DNA of 63,346 nucleotides, the filler included, from Octopus bimaculoides (Eukaryota): assembly GCF_001194135.2 (NCBI RefSeq). It is 6 parts of 6 records of this genome, joined end to end, with 100 filler letters (N's around TTAATTAATTAA, not from the genome) between each part and the next. Parts side by side here need not be neighbours in the genome. Positions count along the whole stretch, not along the records: positions 1 to 31,975 come from NC_068981.1; 5 more parts are not named here. One strand, 5' to 3'. This document shows, one piece after another, positions 1 to 12,998 of the stretch. Numbering within the stretch: the first letter of the stretch is position 1; each line of letters starts with the position of its first letter. The notes beneath the pieces are model-generated. The model made no database searches and had not been told where the DNA came from. It worked only from the letters and a program-made list of their open reading frames with translations. A program made the position numbers and the translations under genes.

Positions 1-1192
1 ATATATATACGACGGGCTTCTTTCAGTTTCCATCTACCAGATAAACACACAGAGTCGCATGACTCTGTGGTAAAAACTTTACTTTCCACCCACATAGTTC
101 CAGGTTCAGTCCCACTGCGTGGCACCTCGGGCCGACCAAATCTTTTATTTAATAAGGCAATATGTGTATGTGTTTACTTTGCAATATGTGTATGCGTTTA
201 CTTTGCTTATGGATTTATCGCATCTTTGCTAACACACATCTTTGCTACACACATCTTTGCTAACACCTACTCTTGTTTTTCGTTATTGCTCAAGTTGGTA
301 TCCATTTACCTTGACCTTGCACTACGAATAGTGTTATTTAGGCATAATTGTCTTTGCTCTACAAGTAAGGTCTAGTTTATACTACACTTCGGCTCGCAAC
401 GAAACCAAAACAAAGCAAAGTGAATAAGCACGTTTCGCGCTTAAATATGTTCTACCACCCTTTATAACTTTCCTGGCGTGTTGAGTATTCAGTCGAACAA
501 AACAGTCGCTAGTCAACTACGATTTATGTATTCTTAGATAATAATTCCACAGATGACGTGTGAGAGCAGAGTTGTCCAAAGTATTGAGTTCAAATTTCGG
601 CACAAAGCCAGCAATTTCAAGAGAGCGGTTAAGTCGATTACATTGATTCCATAACTCCATAACTGGTACTTATTTTATCGATCTCCAGGAGATGAAAGGC
701 AAAATTGACCTCGGCAGAATTTGAACTCTAGAACGGACTGACTGCCGGGCGGATGGAATGTCGATAAGCGTTTTGCCCAGCTTTCTTTTGATTCTGTCTG
801 CTCGCCGCCTTAGAATTGTCCGAAGTATTGGAAATAAATTTTTGATGTTTTTATTCCGGATCTCTTACATGGGGACCAAAGCCTTGTGAATGGATTTAGT
901 AGACGGAAACTGAAAGAATCCCATCGTATGTATATGTGTGTGTGTGTGTGTAGGTTGGGGCTCAAATACCACCTAGGTCAACACTGTATTTCATCTTTTC
1001 GAGGTACCGTTTTCTTTTTTTTATAGCTTTTGTTTATGTTACTATACTTGAGCCAACAGGGAAGTTTGTAGGTCGTCGTTCGGTCTGCTAGAAACAGCAG
1101 CTAAATTGCCATCAAATTACAACCTGTGCTGTTGAACAACAACAAAGAAGAAAAGGCCTCAAAATGATTGTGTGATCACAATGGAAATACCT

Positions 1193-1423
1193 ATTTCGTT
1201 ATTGCCCACAAGGGGCTAAACATAGAGGGAACAAACAAGAACAGACAAACGGATTAAGTCGATTACATCGACCCCAGTGCGTAACTGGTACTTAATTTAT
1301 CGACCCCGAAAGGATGAAAGCAAAGTCGACCTCGGCGGAATTTGAACTCAGAACGTAACGGCAGACGAGATACCGCTAAGCATTTCGCCCGGCGTGCTAA
1401 CGATTCTGCCAGCTCGCTGCCAT
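1193..1423 (-). mobile_element. Full-length tRNA-derived SINE, family B (Nin/Deu-domain-like core), with 17-bp TSD
   Basis: Head GGCAGCGAGCTGGCAGAATCGTTAGC...GAGTTCAAATTCC (A/B-box-like). Core GAGGTCGACTTTGC-TTTCATCCTTTCGGGGTCGATAAATTAAGTACCAG resembles the Nin/Deu SINE domain. Identical direct repeat TCACAATGGAAATACCT at 1176-1192 and 1424-1440. Confidence 0.9.
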
Positions 1424-2097
1424 TCACAATGGAAATACCTTCGATGCAAATCAGCTCAACCACAGCGACAATGTGTTTATATAACTTATAATGACGTAAG
1501 TATGACAAAGTAATCCATACAAAGCTCAAATTAGTCAACCGTTTATTAGACATATCAGATTGTTTACAGAATTATTGAAACAACAGTAATTGGGTGTTTT
1601 ACAAATAAATATAAAATTCCTATTGTAGGAGCGTAATTTTAAAGAAGGATTGTCAACGAAATGACAAGCAGCCATTGGTTAGTCCGGCCCCAGCTCAAGC
1701 TGACAGAATTACTAGAGCGTCGAACAAAATGATTCGAAGCGTTTCTTTATGTTTGAATTCAAATCACGTGGAGGTCGTCTTTGCTTTCATTGTTTCGGGA
1801 TCTGTAAAATAATCCTGGTACATTTATAAAATACCGGGATCGATGATATTAGCTAACCCCTCCTTTCAAAACTGCTGGCTTTATGACTAAATTAGGATGG
1901 ATTATTTATATATTCTTTTTTTAATTTTGCAATATTCTTTAAAATAAAGTAACGCAGGCTTCTTTATTCAATCAGTTATCTCAACCAATGATTTTAAAAA
2001 ATGCTTATGAATTCATATACTGAAGATTTCCATTTACTTTTGTCTGTACTTACTGTCTTCTGTTGCCTCCCCCTTATGATTTATGGGGTCGATAGTA

Positions 2098-2830
2098 GAA
2101 ATTCTTGTAGAAGAACAGGCAGGATTTAGACCCAAAAGGAGTAGTGTGGAGCAGATATTTAACACCAGACTGTTCTGTGAGAAACATCTGTAACACCAAT
2201 CTGATCTCTGTCACAACTTCAGCGACTTCGGAAAGACATTTGATCGTGTTTGTCATGATGAATTGTGGTAAGTGACAAAGAATTACAACTTCGACAACAG
2301 CCTTATCGAAGTAATCCAAGCACTACATGACATCTCAAAAAGTTCAGTAATCCTGAACAATAACATCGGAGAATTCTTCAGGGCAACAGTGTGTTCGACA
2401 AAGGTGTCTCTACTCTTCAGCCTTTTTAAACATTTTCCTGGAGAACATCATGTAGAAGACACTCCAAGACTTCCAGCTATCTGTCCATATCGGAGGACGG
2501 CTCATCTCCACTAACTTGCGCTTTGCTGAAGATATTGACTTGTTAAGAAGTAGTGAAGCAGAATTCTGGGAACTCACTACCAGGTTGAAAAAAGCATCGG
2601 AGATCAGCCAAGAAAAGAGAAAGATCTTGGTTAATAGCAACCACAGCAACCAGCATCGCGTTGAATGGAAAAGTATTTGTCAAGGTGGTCACCTTCAAGT
2701 AACTAGGATCCACTTTGACCAAAGAGGGCAGCTCTCAAAAGTAGATAACAACAAAACTCAATTTGGCCTCTGGTGGAAGCTGAATGCCATATGGAAAGGC
2801 AACTCTGTTAGTTGCCTTAACTTAATCTAA
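2098..2830 (+). mobile_element. Degenerate RTE-clade LINE reverse transcriptase fragment
   Basis: Translates across stops and frameshifts to EEQAGFRPKRSSVEQIFNTRLFCEKH..DFGKTFDRVCHDELW..SSVILNNNIGEFFRATV..RFAEDID (FADD-like), typical RTE RT motifs. Confidence 0.85.
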
Positions 2831-3514
2831 AAGAGATTGTCTCTCCTACGAAAGCTGACCACCAGGGCCACACAATATATGTAAATTATCCAAGGTGAAC
2901 TTGTCTTTTTAAGATTGTAATTTGAAGGTGATTTAGTCGTTGTTCCAAGCTGTACACAAATCATGTGTTAGTCAAATTCTATTGAAGATACTACTAACCA
3001 AACATTCGCCAATGACGCTGTATGTTAGAGAGCACCAAGTCATGTGTTTTGGATTTTCTATAGAGTACAAGAAAAAAAAAGACATGTGAAAACAATAAAT
3101 AAAATGAAATAAAAACATTGTGAAAATTCCTTGAGATTTGTTACACCTGCATGTGATCAACGACACCCTTCGGACTTTCTCTCTTCACTCAGGATTATGG
3201 ACAGGAGAGAGATTTGCTTTGCAACAAAAATGTAGCGATATTTTTGCCAGTCTCTCTTTCTTTCTCTCTTTCTCTTACTCTCCATCTTTTCCTTAATATA
3301 GATTAAGGAAAAGATTTGAAAATTTAACTCTGTGTTTAAACAGTTCCATTTCGTGTGTATATTATAATAAACGCTTTATTCTTTCAATAAGGGTTTTCCC
3401 TCCATGTGAAAACTGTGATAGATAATTACTTTTATAAGGCACCGAAATTCGTTTTGTTCGAAGTGTCTGCAACCCAAGGACCGGCATTGACTACAGTAAT
3501 TGACTAAAGTGAAT

Positions 3515-3690
3515 GGTGGAGGAGTGTAGCCTAGTGGTCAGGGTGCTGAACCCATGATCGTAAGGTTGTGGTTTCAATTCCTTGACTGGGTGACGCGTTG
3601 TGTTCTTGATCGAAACATTTCATTTCATGTTGATCCAGTTCACTCAGCTGGCAAAAATGAGTAATCCTACGACGGTCCGACGTCCCGTAT
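3515..3690 (+). mobile_element. tRNA-derived SINE, family D
   Basis: Head GTGTAGCCTAGTGGTCAGGGTG...GTTTCAATTCC followed by TGTGTTCTTGA..CATTTCA..TCCAGTTCACTCAGCTG. Related copies near 17405, 41770-41945 (-), 45075-45290 (-) and 52060-52225 (-). Confidence 0.7.
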
Positions 3691-3976
3691 GTATATATAC
3701 GTCACGAAAACCGGGAAACCGGCGCTTATGAGTCCAAAGGGCTCGAGAAGGATGCTTTTATCCATGTAAAATGAACAATGGGAGAAAATACAAGTAAGAG
3801 AATAAACTAATGAATATCAAACTGTCTATGATTAATTGAATATTTGTTCATTGTAATTAATCGTTTTCCGGGTTTCATGGAAAAATTATTCCGCACATAA
3901 TAATGACTATTATGGCATTCGTCTTATAATCACATAATATCGAAAGAAAGAAAAAGAGAGAGGGCGCAAGGTGTTG

Positions 3977-4013
3977 CTGAAGAGCTAAGGCAAAAAGACG
4001 TTAGTGAAACATT
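3977..4013 (+). ncRNA. Decayed minimal hammerhead-ribozyme-like motif
   Basis: CUGAAGA-GCUAA...UUAGU-GAAAC-AUU. Core intact, stem II 5 bp, GUU replaced by AUU (consistent with CpG decay). Confidence 0.4.
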
Positions 4014-5652
4014 CCTGTGCCTACCTGACGATGATACCCTGCTGATATTGCTAATACTCTGTGTGATCATGGTTGGTAATGTGATTGAAACAAGCAAATC
4101 TGAGCAAGTTCAACCAGACAAAATGTAATCGTTGCTCATCAATTACACGATGTAACATTTTTTTTTTTTTTTTGATTGCAAAATCTCTCACTGCAACTAC
4201 TTTCTGCTATTGGTACATGGCCCAAAATTTGAAGAGCGGGGGCGGGAGCAGGTCGAATACATCGACCCAGGTGCTCAACTGGTATTTATTTTATCGATCC
4301 CACGAAAGGATAAAAGGCAAAGCCGATTTCTTCGGAATTTGAACTTAGAATGGAAAGAGANNNNNNNNNNNNNNNNNNNNNNNNNNNNNNNNNNNNNNNN
4401 NNNNNNNNNNNNNNNNNNNNNNNNNNNNNNNNNNNNNNNNNNNNNNNNNNNNNNNNNNNNNNNNNNNNNNNNNNNNNNNNNNNNNNNNNNNNNNNNNNNN
4501 NNNNNNNNNNNNNNNNNNNNNNNNNNNNNNNNNNNNNNNNNNNNNNNNNNNNNNNNNNNNNNNNNNNNNNNNNNNNNNNNNNNNNNNNNNNNNNNNNNNN
4601 NNNNNNNNNNNNNNNNNNNNNNNNNNNNNNNNNNNNNNNNNNNNNNNNNNNNNNNNNNNNNNNNNNNNNNNNNNNNNNNNNNNNNNNNNNNNNNNNNNNN
4701 NNNNNNNNNNNNNNNNNNNNNNNNNNNNNNNNNNNNNNNNNNNNNNNNNNNNNNNNNNNNNNNNNNNNNNNNNNNNNNNNNNNNNNNNNNNNNNNNNNNN
4801 NNNNNNNNATATATATATATATATATATACATACACATAAAACAATCAGCCTTCTTACTGGTTAAAAGGGATAAACAACCCTCAGTTAAACATCCATTAA
4901 TGTTATATCGCCTGAAGAAATGAATCCATGAAGATTATCTACCCAATACTCATGGATACTACGCACTACACTGTAATCATTCCAGGAATATGGACTGTGA
5001 TCTTAAGAGATATGAAATTTGTGGAAATGCCCGTAGCGAAGAATTATATGCTTATAAATTCCATCCAAGGATTATTGTTATGTATGTATGTATGTATGTA
5101 TGTATGTATGTTTGTATGTATGTATATGTGTGTGTATGTATGTATGTATGTATGTATGTATGTATGTATGTATGCGTGTGTGTGTTTGTGTGTTTGTGTT
5201 CGTGTGTGTGTTCGTATTTATACCTATCTCCTCCATTACTTGACAACCAGTATCGGTTTGTTTACGTCTTGTAACTGAGCGGTTCGGCAAAAGATCCATC
5301 GACAGAATAAGTACCAAACATTAAAAACGAGTACTAGCTCCAATTTGTTTGACTAAAACTTATCAAGGTGGTGTCCCAACAAGGCTGCAGTCCAATGACT
5401 GAATCAAGTAAATGCTAAACCTTTTCTACTATACTATAGGCACAATGCTCGAAATTTTGGAGAATGGGAATATTCGGTTACATCGACTTCAGTATTATCG
5501 GCACTTATGTCATTGACTGCGAAAGGACGAATGGCAAAGTCGATCCCGGCAGAATTTGAACTCGAGACCTAAAACGGACGAAATATTGCAAAGCATTTAG
5601 TCTGGTATGCTAACGATTCTGCTAAGTAAATAGTTGAAATACACACACACAT

Positions 5653-5738
<86 letters not shown>

Positions 5739-6102
5739 CTACGTACTGGCACACATCTTGTCACATATGCATGCATATACGCGCGTATTTATATATGTGA
5801 ATGTGAATAGCAATATACATTATAAACTCTGATCTCTTTCAATATATGAGTGCATATATGTTATAGTGTGCTTAGCAACAGTAATTTGTGTGCAAACATT
5901 TACGCGTTTATGAAGTGACAGATAGACAAGATGTCTTAAAAATTGTAATGCTTTGCACATTTAAATGTTTTGGCTTCCCGACCAAATGGTTCCGGATTCA
6001 TCCCACTGCATGGTATCTTGGGCAAGTGTCTTCTACTACAACCACGGGCCAGCTAAAACCTTGTGAATGGATTTGGTAGGCGGAAACTGGAAGAAACCCA
6101 TC

Positions 6103-6140
<38 letters not shown>

Positions 6141-6621
6141 NNNNNNNNNNNNNNNNNNNNNNNNNNNNNNNNNNNNNNNNNNNNNNNNNNNNNNNNNNNN
6201 NNNNNNNNNNNNNNNNNNNNNNNNNNNNNNNNNNNNNNNNNNNNNNNNNNNNNNNNNNNNNNNNNNNNNNNNNNNNNNNNNNNNNNNNNNNNNNNNNNNN
6301 NNNNNNNNNNNNNNNNNNNNNNNNNNNNNNNNNNNNNNNNNNNNNNNNNNNNNNNNNNNNNNNNNNNNNNNNNNNNNNNNNNNNNNNNNNNNNNNNNNNN
6401 NNNNNNNNNNNNNNNNNNNNNNNNNNNNNNNNNNNNNNNNNNNNNNNNNNNNNNNNNNNNNNNNNNNNNNNNNNNNNNNNNNNNNNNNNNNNNNNNNNNN
6501 NNNNNNNNNNNNNNNNNNNNNNNNNNNNNNNNNNNNNNNNNNNNNNNNNNNNNNNNNNNNNNNNNNNNNNNNNNNNNNNNNNNNNNNNNNNNNNNNNNNN
6601 NNNNNNNTAGGAGAGCGAATC

Positions 6622-6694
6622 AGGTTCTACCAAGATTTTGAACTTGGATCTTTGGATTCAGAGTCCAGAGTGCTAACGATTACACCATAGAACC
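6622..6694 (-). tRNA. tRNA-Gln(CTG), probably pseudogenic
   Basis: GGTTCTATGGTGTAATCGTTAGCACTCTGGACTCTGAATCCAAAGATCCAAGTTCAAAATCTTGGTAGAACCT. Acceptor and T stems pair and the anticodon is CTG, but G18 is C, the top anticodon-stem pair is C.A and the T-loop has 8 nt. Confidence 0.8.
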
Positions 6695-8284
6695 TTCCCC
6701 AAACTGGATGTGAATGGCATACTGCCACGTGCGGTGTCGTAGTGGAGAGCCATAACTTGAAATCTTCCCCAACCTCCTAATTTGATTTACTCTAGCGTGA
6801 CAGAGAAGCCAGGTCGTACCTGTAATAAACCCAATTCTCAACCGTGCGTGAGGCAACGGGAACACCATTGATGGTGTGAAAATGTAGGGACGCCTAACCT
6901 GGACGGATCGGCCGAATGAGTCAGTGATCGATGTTCAGATGGATCACCAAAGCACATGTACATATAAAATAATTAAGGTGGCTAGACATTTTGAATTGGT
7001 TTATCTGTATGTGTATGTATGTGTGTGTGTGTGCATGTGTGTATGTGTGTATCTTTGTCTTTGTGTTTGTTCCAGTCACCGCTTGACAACGGGTGTTGGT
7101 GTGTTTACGTCCCCGTAACTTAGAATAAGTACTAGGCTTTTAAAAAATAATTACTGGGGTTGATTCATTCGGCTAAAAATTCCTAGCATGGCCTCAGTCA
7201 AATGACTGAAACAAGTAAAACATAAAAGATACACAGTATGTAGTGCTAGCCTAGGGTTAAGGACCACAAACATTTCCATCGGCTTTTCAACAGCCTACCG
7301 ATTGGGTCAACGCCAAATCACCTTTCAAATGTCAATAAAAACTGCTAAAATTTAGAGGTAGGGGAATTCAAAAACAAAACGGGAATACAATTAAACGGAA
7401 ATTACAAAAATAACAAATAAATGAAAAGAGAGCAGACAGAAAGACAGGAGAGAAAAGAAAGAAATGAAAAGGGATAGGTATAGAACAGAAAAATGAAAGA
7501 AGGGAAAAAAATGTTTAATGCGACTGACATTGTAGTAAAACAAATTATGTCTGCATTGGATCATTGGTACAGCATGTAATGAAAACATTACGTGTGTTGA
7601 GTTAACCTGACAGATAGTACCGAAAGGAAATCTATAATATACATCTTGTCAGGTCATTTCGTTCTACTAGAACTGAATAACGGACCAGAGTTCTTTTCAA
7701 CCTTTCAATTTGTAATCAGATATACTTTGTACCATAATATAAGCAATGATGCTTTGTTTGGCAAGAAGCAGTGTTCTCGTCCTGTCGAGATTGCAACGTG
7801 ATTTCAGCGCCTGGTTGAAGTCATTTCTTCTCACACTATTTATACCTTTAGGAACAGTATATGCATAACAATAATCCATTATATCATAAAATATAATTTC
7901 TTGCTTTTTAAGGTTATCTCTACACATTTTCTATAGAAATTATAGTCGGGAATGGTTTGTTACGAAATTTCGTATCCGAATACGTTAAAGTAAACAATGC
8001 GACACAAAACGTCGTAACAAATCAGTGCTGGCTACAATGTCTATTGAAAATCTGTAGAGATAACCTCGAAAATGATTTAATAGCACTGCTAACACGGTAG
8101 GACACGGAAATGACTTATAAAGCGTTTAATATACTTCGTAGTTAGTATATTACGGTTGCATAGCAAAACACAGTGTCCCTACAAGTAGTTAATAAGTCCT
8201 TGTACCAACCTAGAAAGAACCTCAGTTATCAGGAAGTCCATCTTCGGTTAATTTTGCATGAAAACCACAGGTCCCCTAACCATC

Positions 8285-8337
<53 letters not shown>

Positions 8338-8430
8338 NNNNNNNNNNNNNNNNNNNNNNNNNNNNNNNNNNNNNNNNNNNNNNNNNNNNNNNNNNNNNNN
8401 NNNNNNNNNNNNNNNNNNNNNNNNNNNNNC

Positions 8431-8842
8431 TATGTTGGGGCACTGCTTGGAGAGTGTGTAGTCAAACACATCGGCCTCAGTACTCAATTTTTCTTCTAAA
8501 GTTTAGTATTTCCTTTATCGGTCACTTTTACCGAACTGCTAAGTTATGAGGACGTAAACAAACCGACAGCGGTTGTCAAACGGTGGAGGGGACTAATGCA
8601 TACGTGCGTACATAGATATATAGACAGACAGACAGACAAAAAGATAGATAGATAGATAGATAGATACATACATACATACATACATACCACAAGTTTCCAC
8701 ACAGTTTCCATCTACCAAATTCACTCGCAAAGTATTAGTCGCTCCGGAACCATAAATAGAAAGACACCTGCCTAAGGTGCTGTGCTGTGGGACCGAACCC
8801 GAAACCAAGTGACTGCAAAGAGAGATTCTTAACCATAGTCAA
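8431..8842 (-). mobile_element. tRNA-derived SINE, family A (bipartite, internal microsatellite)
   Basis: Matches the abundant GGTTCAGTCCCAC..GGCACCTT..GTGTCTTCT..GGTAGACGGAAACTG / TTGACAACC..CGTAACTTAGCGGTTCGG family seen more than 20 times in the window. Confidence 0.75.
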
Positions 8843-9732
8843 CTGGTTGACAATCAATAACCGTATCTGTATAGTTGCATAGGCTGACTCTTGGTTGTAG
8901 AGTCGGTATAATCCCAAAAGATAGGATTAATAATATACCAATTCTATTCATATAGAAAGCAGTAGCTTGGCATCACGAGTAAAGCGTCTGTCCGAAAGTT
9001 TTACTATGTTTAGTTTCGCTTCTTTACACCGAGGGATACAATGTCTATATCGGATGCATTTCTACAATCTTTTGTGTCAATCGAAATAGTTTTTGCAAGA
9101 CAAAGAATCGTTGAAAGAACTAATATAGTTTCTAGTGTCTTAAGATTCGCTCGCATTAACTAAGCAGGATTAATTAATTCACTCCTTTGGTGTTTGGTAG
9201 TTGTAGTAATGGTGCTGGGGATTTAGGATCAGAATCAGGTCAGACATGACTGAGCAGGCCTATGGTCAAAATTAATCTGCTGTGTTCATCCGTTCCTTTT
9301 GTGCACCTAGATTTATATTCTCTAATATGTCCTTTTTTGACAATAGAATCTTCGAGGAAGAAGTGGTTGCTATTTCTAGCAAGTCGTCCATGTAGCCTAT
9401 TTTCTTTTCTCCTCCACCCCATTGTCTCGCTTTTTATCTTTATTACAATGTGACAAGTAAACTTAAGTTTCCATCCACCTGTCCACGCGTGCGAAAGCTA
9501 ATATTAAACTGATATCTCCATTCTGACATACTCTCCAACTATAGTTTTCAGTTTATTTAAAGCTCTGAACTTCATCCTCCCTCTATCAGTTGTTAGATTA
9601 TTTTACTTCCGGTCAGATTATTTTATTGGCCGGTAATGTAACACTAGAGCGTGATACGAACTGAGTAAGCTCAAATCTGAAAAATACATTTCATTCAAAG
9701 TATTATCTTAAATGAAAAATTGTATTTTAGAC

Positions 9733-9987
9733 CAGTAGTTCTCAACCGGGGTCAATATGGCTCTTGAGGGTCGATATGATCCTTGGGAAGCCATATGGCC
9801 ATTGTGGGGTCTATATATGATTTTGTTAAAATTTATTGGCAATACAAATTTGTTATACTACTAAAATACGCAAAATATTTTAATCTTTTTATACAATTCC
9901 TAATAATATTTATTTATAAAAATATGGTTTTTAAAGAAATATCGAGGAAGTCCATAGATAAAAGAAACAAATGGTTGAGAAATACTA
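9733..9987. mobile_element. hAT (Charlie-like) MITE
   Basis: Imperfect TIRs CAGTAGTTCTCAACC / GGTTGAGAAATACTA with an identical 8-bp TSD TTTTAGAC at 9725-9732 and 9988-9995. Confidence 0.85.
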
Positions 9988-11218
9988 TTTTAGACAAACA
10001 CTAATTGAATCACCCGAGTTCAAACGAGACTGAATGCTTCAGTTAACTCGTTCGAACACATGCACTCAAGGGGAGTGTGCTTCGGTTTGAAAGAAAACCT
10101 GGTGAGTGAAACATTGTTGAATGATTCAGCATTTGAGAAATTGCGCAACAGGATACAATGAGTAATATTTATCGCATTTTTCACTTTAAGGAAAAAATTT
10201 TTTTACAAACGTTCACCACCTTACAAAAACTATATTAGCTAAGCAAATGCATTAAAAACATTAACATATTCAGAACGCTATTTCAGAAAATTATCCCCGT
10301 TATCTTCGAGCATACTAAAGACGAATTTAGGTGGCTCAAAATCAGTAAAACAAAGTAAGGTAAGTTTACTTCTTTAATTCTATAGAGATACATTTGGAAA
10401 AAAAATTTCATTCACATCAATATCCATCCTGAGACGTCAGAAAGATCAGAAATACAACAAAAATTTGAAATATGTTGGTCAAATGAAAATGGATCATGGA
10501 AAAGTGACACATGATTAATGAAACTCGATTAAATCTAAAAGCTCAATATAAAATAATCTCTATAGCTTCTCCATGTTCTGTTGTAGTGGCTCTTCCATGT
10601 AGTTAAAGGGAAGAAATTATTGAAATTAGTCATTACACATTTTTTACCACTTTAGATATCCTTTTTGGAAATTTGAAAATTAACAAATTAGACCTTATTG
10701 TGGGAAAAAATTATCTCGGAATACAACAGAGAAAAGAATTTCTATTGTTAAACACCAAAAATTATCCAGATATTTTATTAGCAACTCCAATTACAATCGG
10801 ATCAAAATGTAACTGCTAGCTGACGATTTTTCAAACTCTCTCATTTTCAACCATAATTATGCTGCCCAATTTTTACTCCCAAACATGATGCAACAGTACA
10901 AAATGATGATGCAATACTCGCAGTGTAATGGTTTCAAACGGTTAGGGAGAAAATAACGAGGATCAAAAATTACTTATTTTGCCCACAACATTCTATTCCT
11001 ATTTAGGTTGCTGGAATTATTAGAACCACGGGCAGAATGACTTGCGGTTTTTAACCACGGCCGTTTACACCGCCAAGGATGGCCTTGCTTTTCATTTATC
11101 CGGGGTTGAAAAAATATATACCAATCAAGTAACAAACGCCTGATACTTACTCTATCAGGCTCTTTCGCCGAACCACTAATTTGCGGTTGTCAAGCAATGG
11201 TGCGGAGACAACACACAC

Positions 11219-11298
<80 letters not shown>

Positions 11299-11715
11299 CT
11301 CTCTCTCTCTCTCTATATNNNNNNNNNNNNNNNNNNNNNNNNNNNNNNNNNNNNNNNNNNNNNNNNNNNNNNNNNNNNNNNNNNNNNNNNNNNNNNNNNN
11401 NNNNNNNNNNNNNNNNNNNNNNNNNNNNNNNNNNNNNNNNNNNNNNNNNNNNNNNNNNNNNNNNNNNNNNNNNNNNNNNNNNNNNNNNNNNNNNNNNNNN
11501 NNNNNNNNNNNNNNNNNNNNNNNNNNNNNNNNNNNNNNNNNNNNNNNNNNNNNNNNNNNNNNNNNNNNNNNNNNNNNNNNNNNNNNNNNNNNNNNNNNNN
11601 NNNNNNNNNNNNNNNNNNNNTATATATATATGATCAAAATAAGCAAGAGGATATCAAGAGGTGACTTGATTATTAGGTCATGATTTTGAAAGGCGTTGAA
11701 AGAGCTGGTAGATTC

Positions 11716-12492
11716 TGCCCTTACATACGCCGTAAGTCTGAAAATAAGGACTTCATCCGGTATAACGTTCCCTTCAGCTGTTCCATATCTACAAACATAT
11801 ATAGGATATTTATGACAATTTTAGCAAAAAACTTCCCCGCTTACTATAGATATAACAGAATTTTTCCCCGTAAGACAGTTAGAATTTCGTGTTCTACTCT
11901 CCCCAATATGGGTATCATAGCAAGGTTAAATAGAAAGAATATGAAATTAGCAAGAGGTGGTAATAATAATAATAATATTACTGTCAACAGTAACTTTAAC
12001 CCCTAAAATGAGAATAATAATATTAATGGTGACGTAGGAAATAGAAACAGCGGTACTAATGCTTTTAATATAAATACAATATAGACTGTAGCTCCGAGGT
12101 CTATACTAGCACTGAGATTACTGATGCGCCTGTTGATGCTGAGATGGATTTCAATGATACTACAATTGAAGGATGGATAGATAACACATATGATATTAAC
12201 ACATACGATAATAGTAGTATTATTAATAATAATAGTGATAATAATAATAATAATAATAATAATAAAATATAAAAAAATATTCAGACAAATACATAACAAA
12301 AACACCAAGACTTACAAATATGTATAACATACAGAAAATTGCACTACTGGGCACTGCACACATCCTACGCAAAACACTCTCAATACAGTAGCCATAAGAG
12401 CATCACAGCAAACCACAGCACATACCCAAGGCACACAGAGCTGCGCTCGGAAGTGAAGTGAAAGCACGTTATAAAAGTAAAACTACTGAACC

Positions 12493-12538
<46 letters not shown>

Positions 12539-12998
12539 TGATGATGATGATGATGATGATGTGAATATCAATAATATTAATAGTAGTAATTTTCCTGATT
12601 GCAACTGTAGAGTTAAATCCCACTGTCCAAAACGTAATTTATAAATGTGCAGTCATAACTGTAGCTGGTAACTTTATATATATGGGATGTTCAATAGATA
12701 TGAAAAAAACGTATTAGTAACCTTTTTTCATCTTTCAGGCTCAAACATATAGCCAATTGTACGTCCTTATCTAGCAAGACTTGGGAACTGAAGCGAAATC
12801 GAATTTAGCCTTAAAAGGGATATAATAAGGAAAGCGCAGCCTTTTAAAGATAGTCGATACGGGTGCGAGCTGTGCTCTATGAAAACTTATGAGATTTTTA
12901 AGTATAAGGACAAGAGCAACCTTATTAATGATAGATTAGACCTAAGGGTATCATGCGTACATAGGGTCACCCGTACATTTAAATATTTTCGAAATTAG
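11716..12998 (+). mobile_element. Penelope-like retroelement relic: post-RT linker, Asn-rich insert, GIY-YIG endonuclease
   Basis: RYNVPFSCSISTNIYRIF..IFPRKTVRISCSTLPNM (PLE linker), CNCRVKSHCP, QNVIYKCAVITVAGNFIYMGCS (GIY-YIG), TSLSSKTWELKRN, IIRKAQPFKDSRYGCELC..NLINDRLDLRVSCVH, across frameshifts. Confidence 0.85.
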
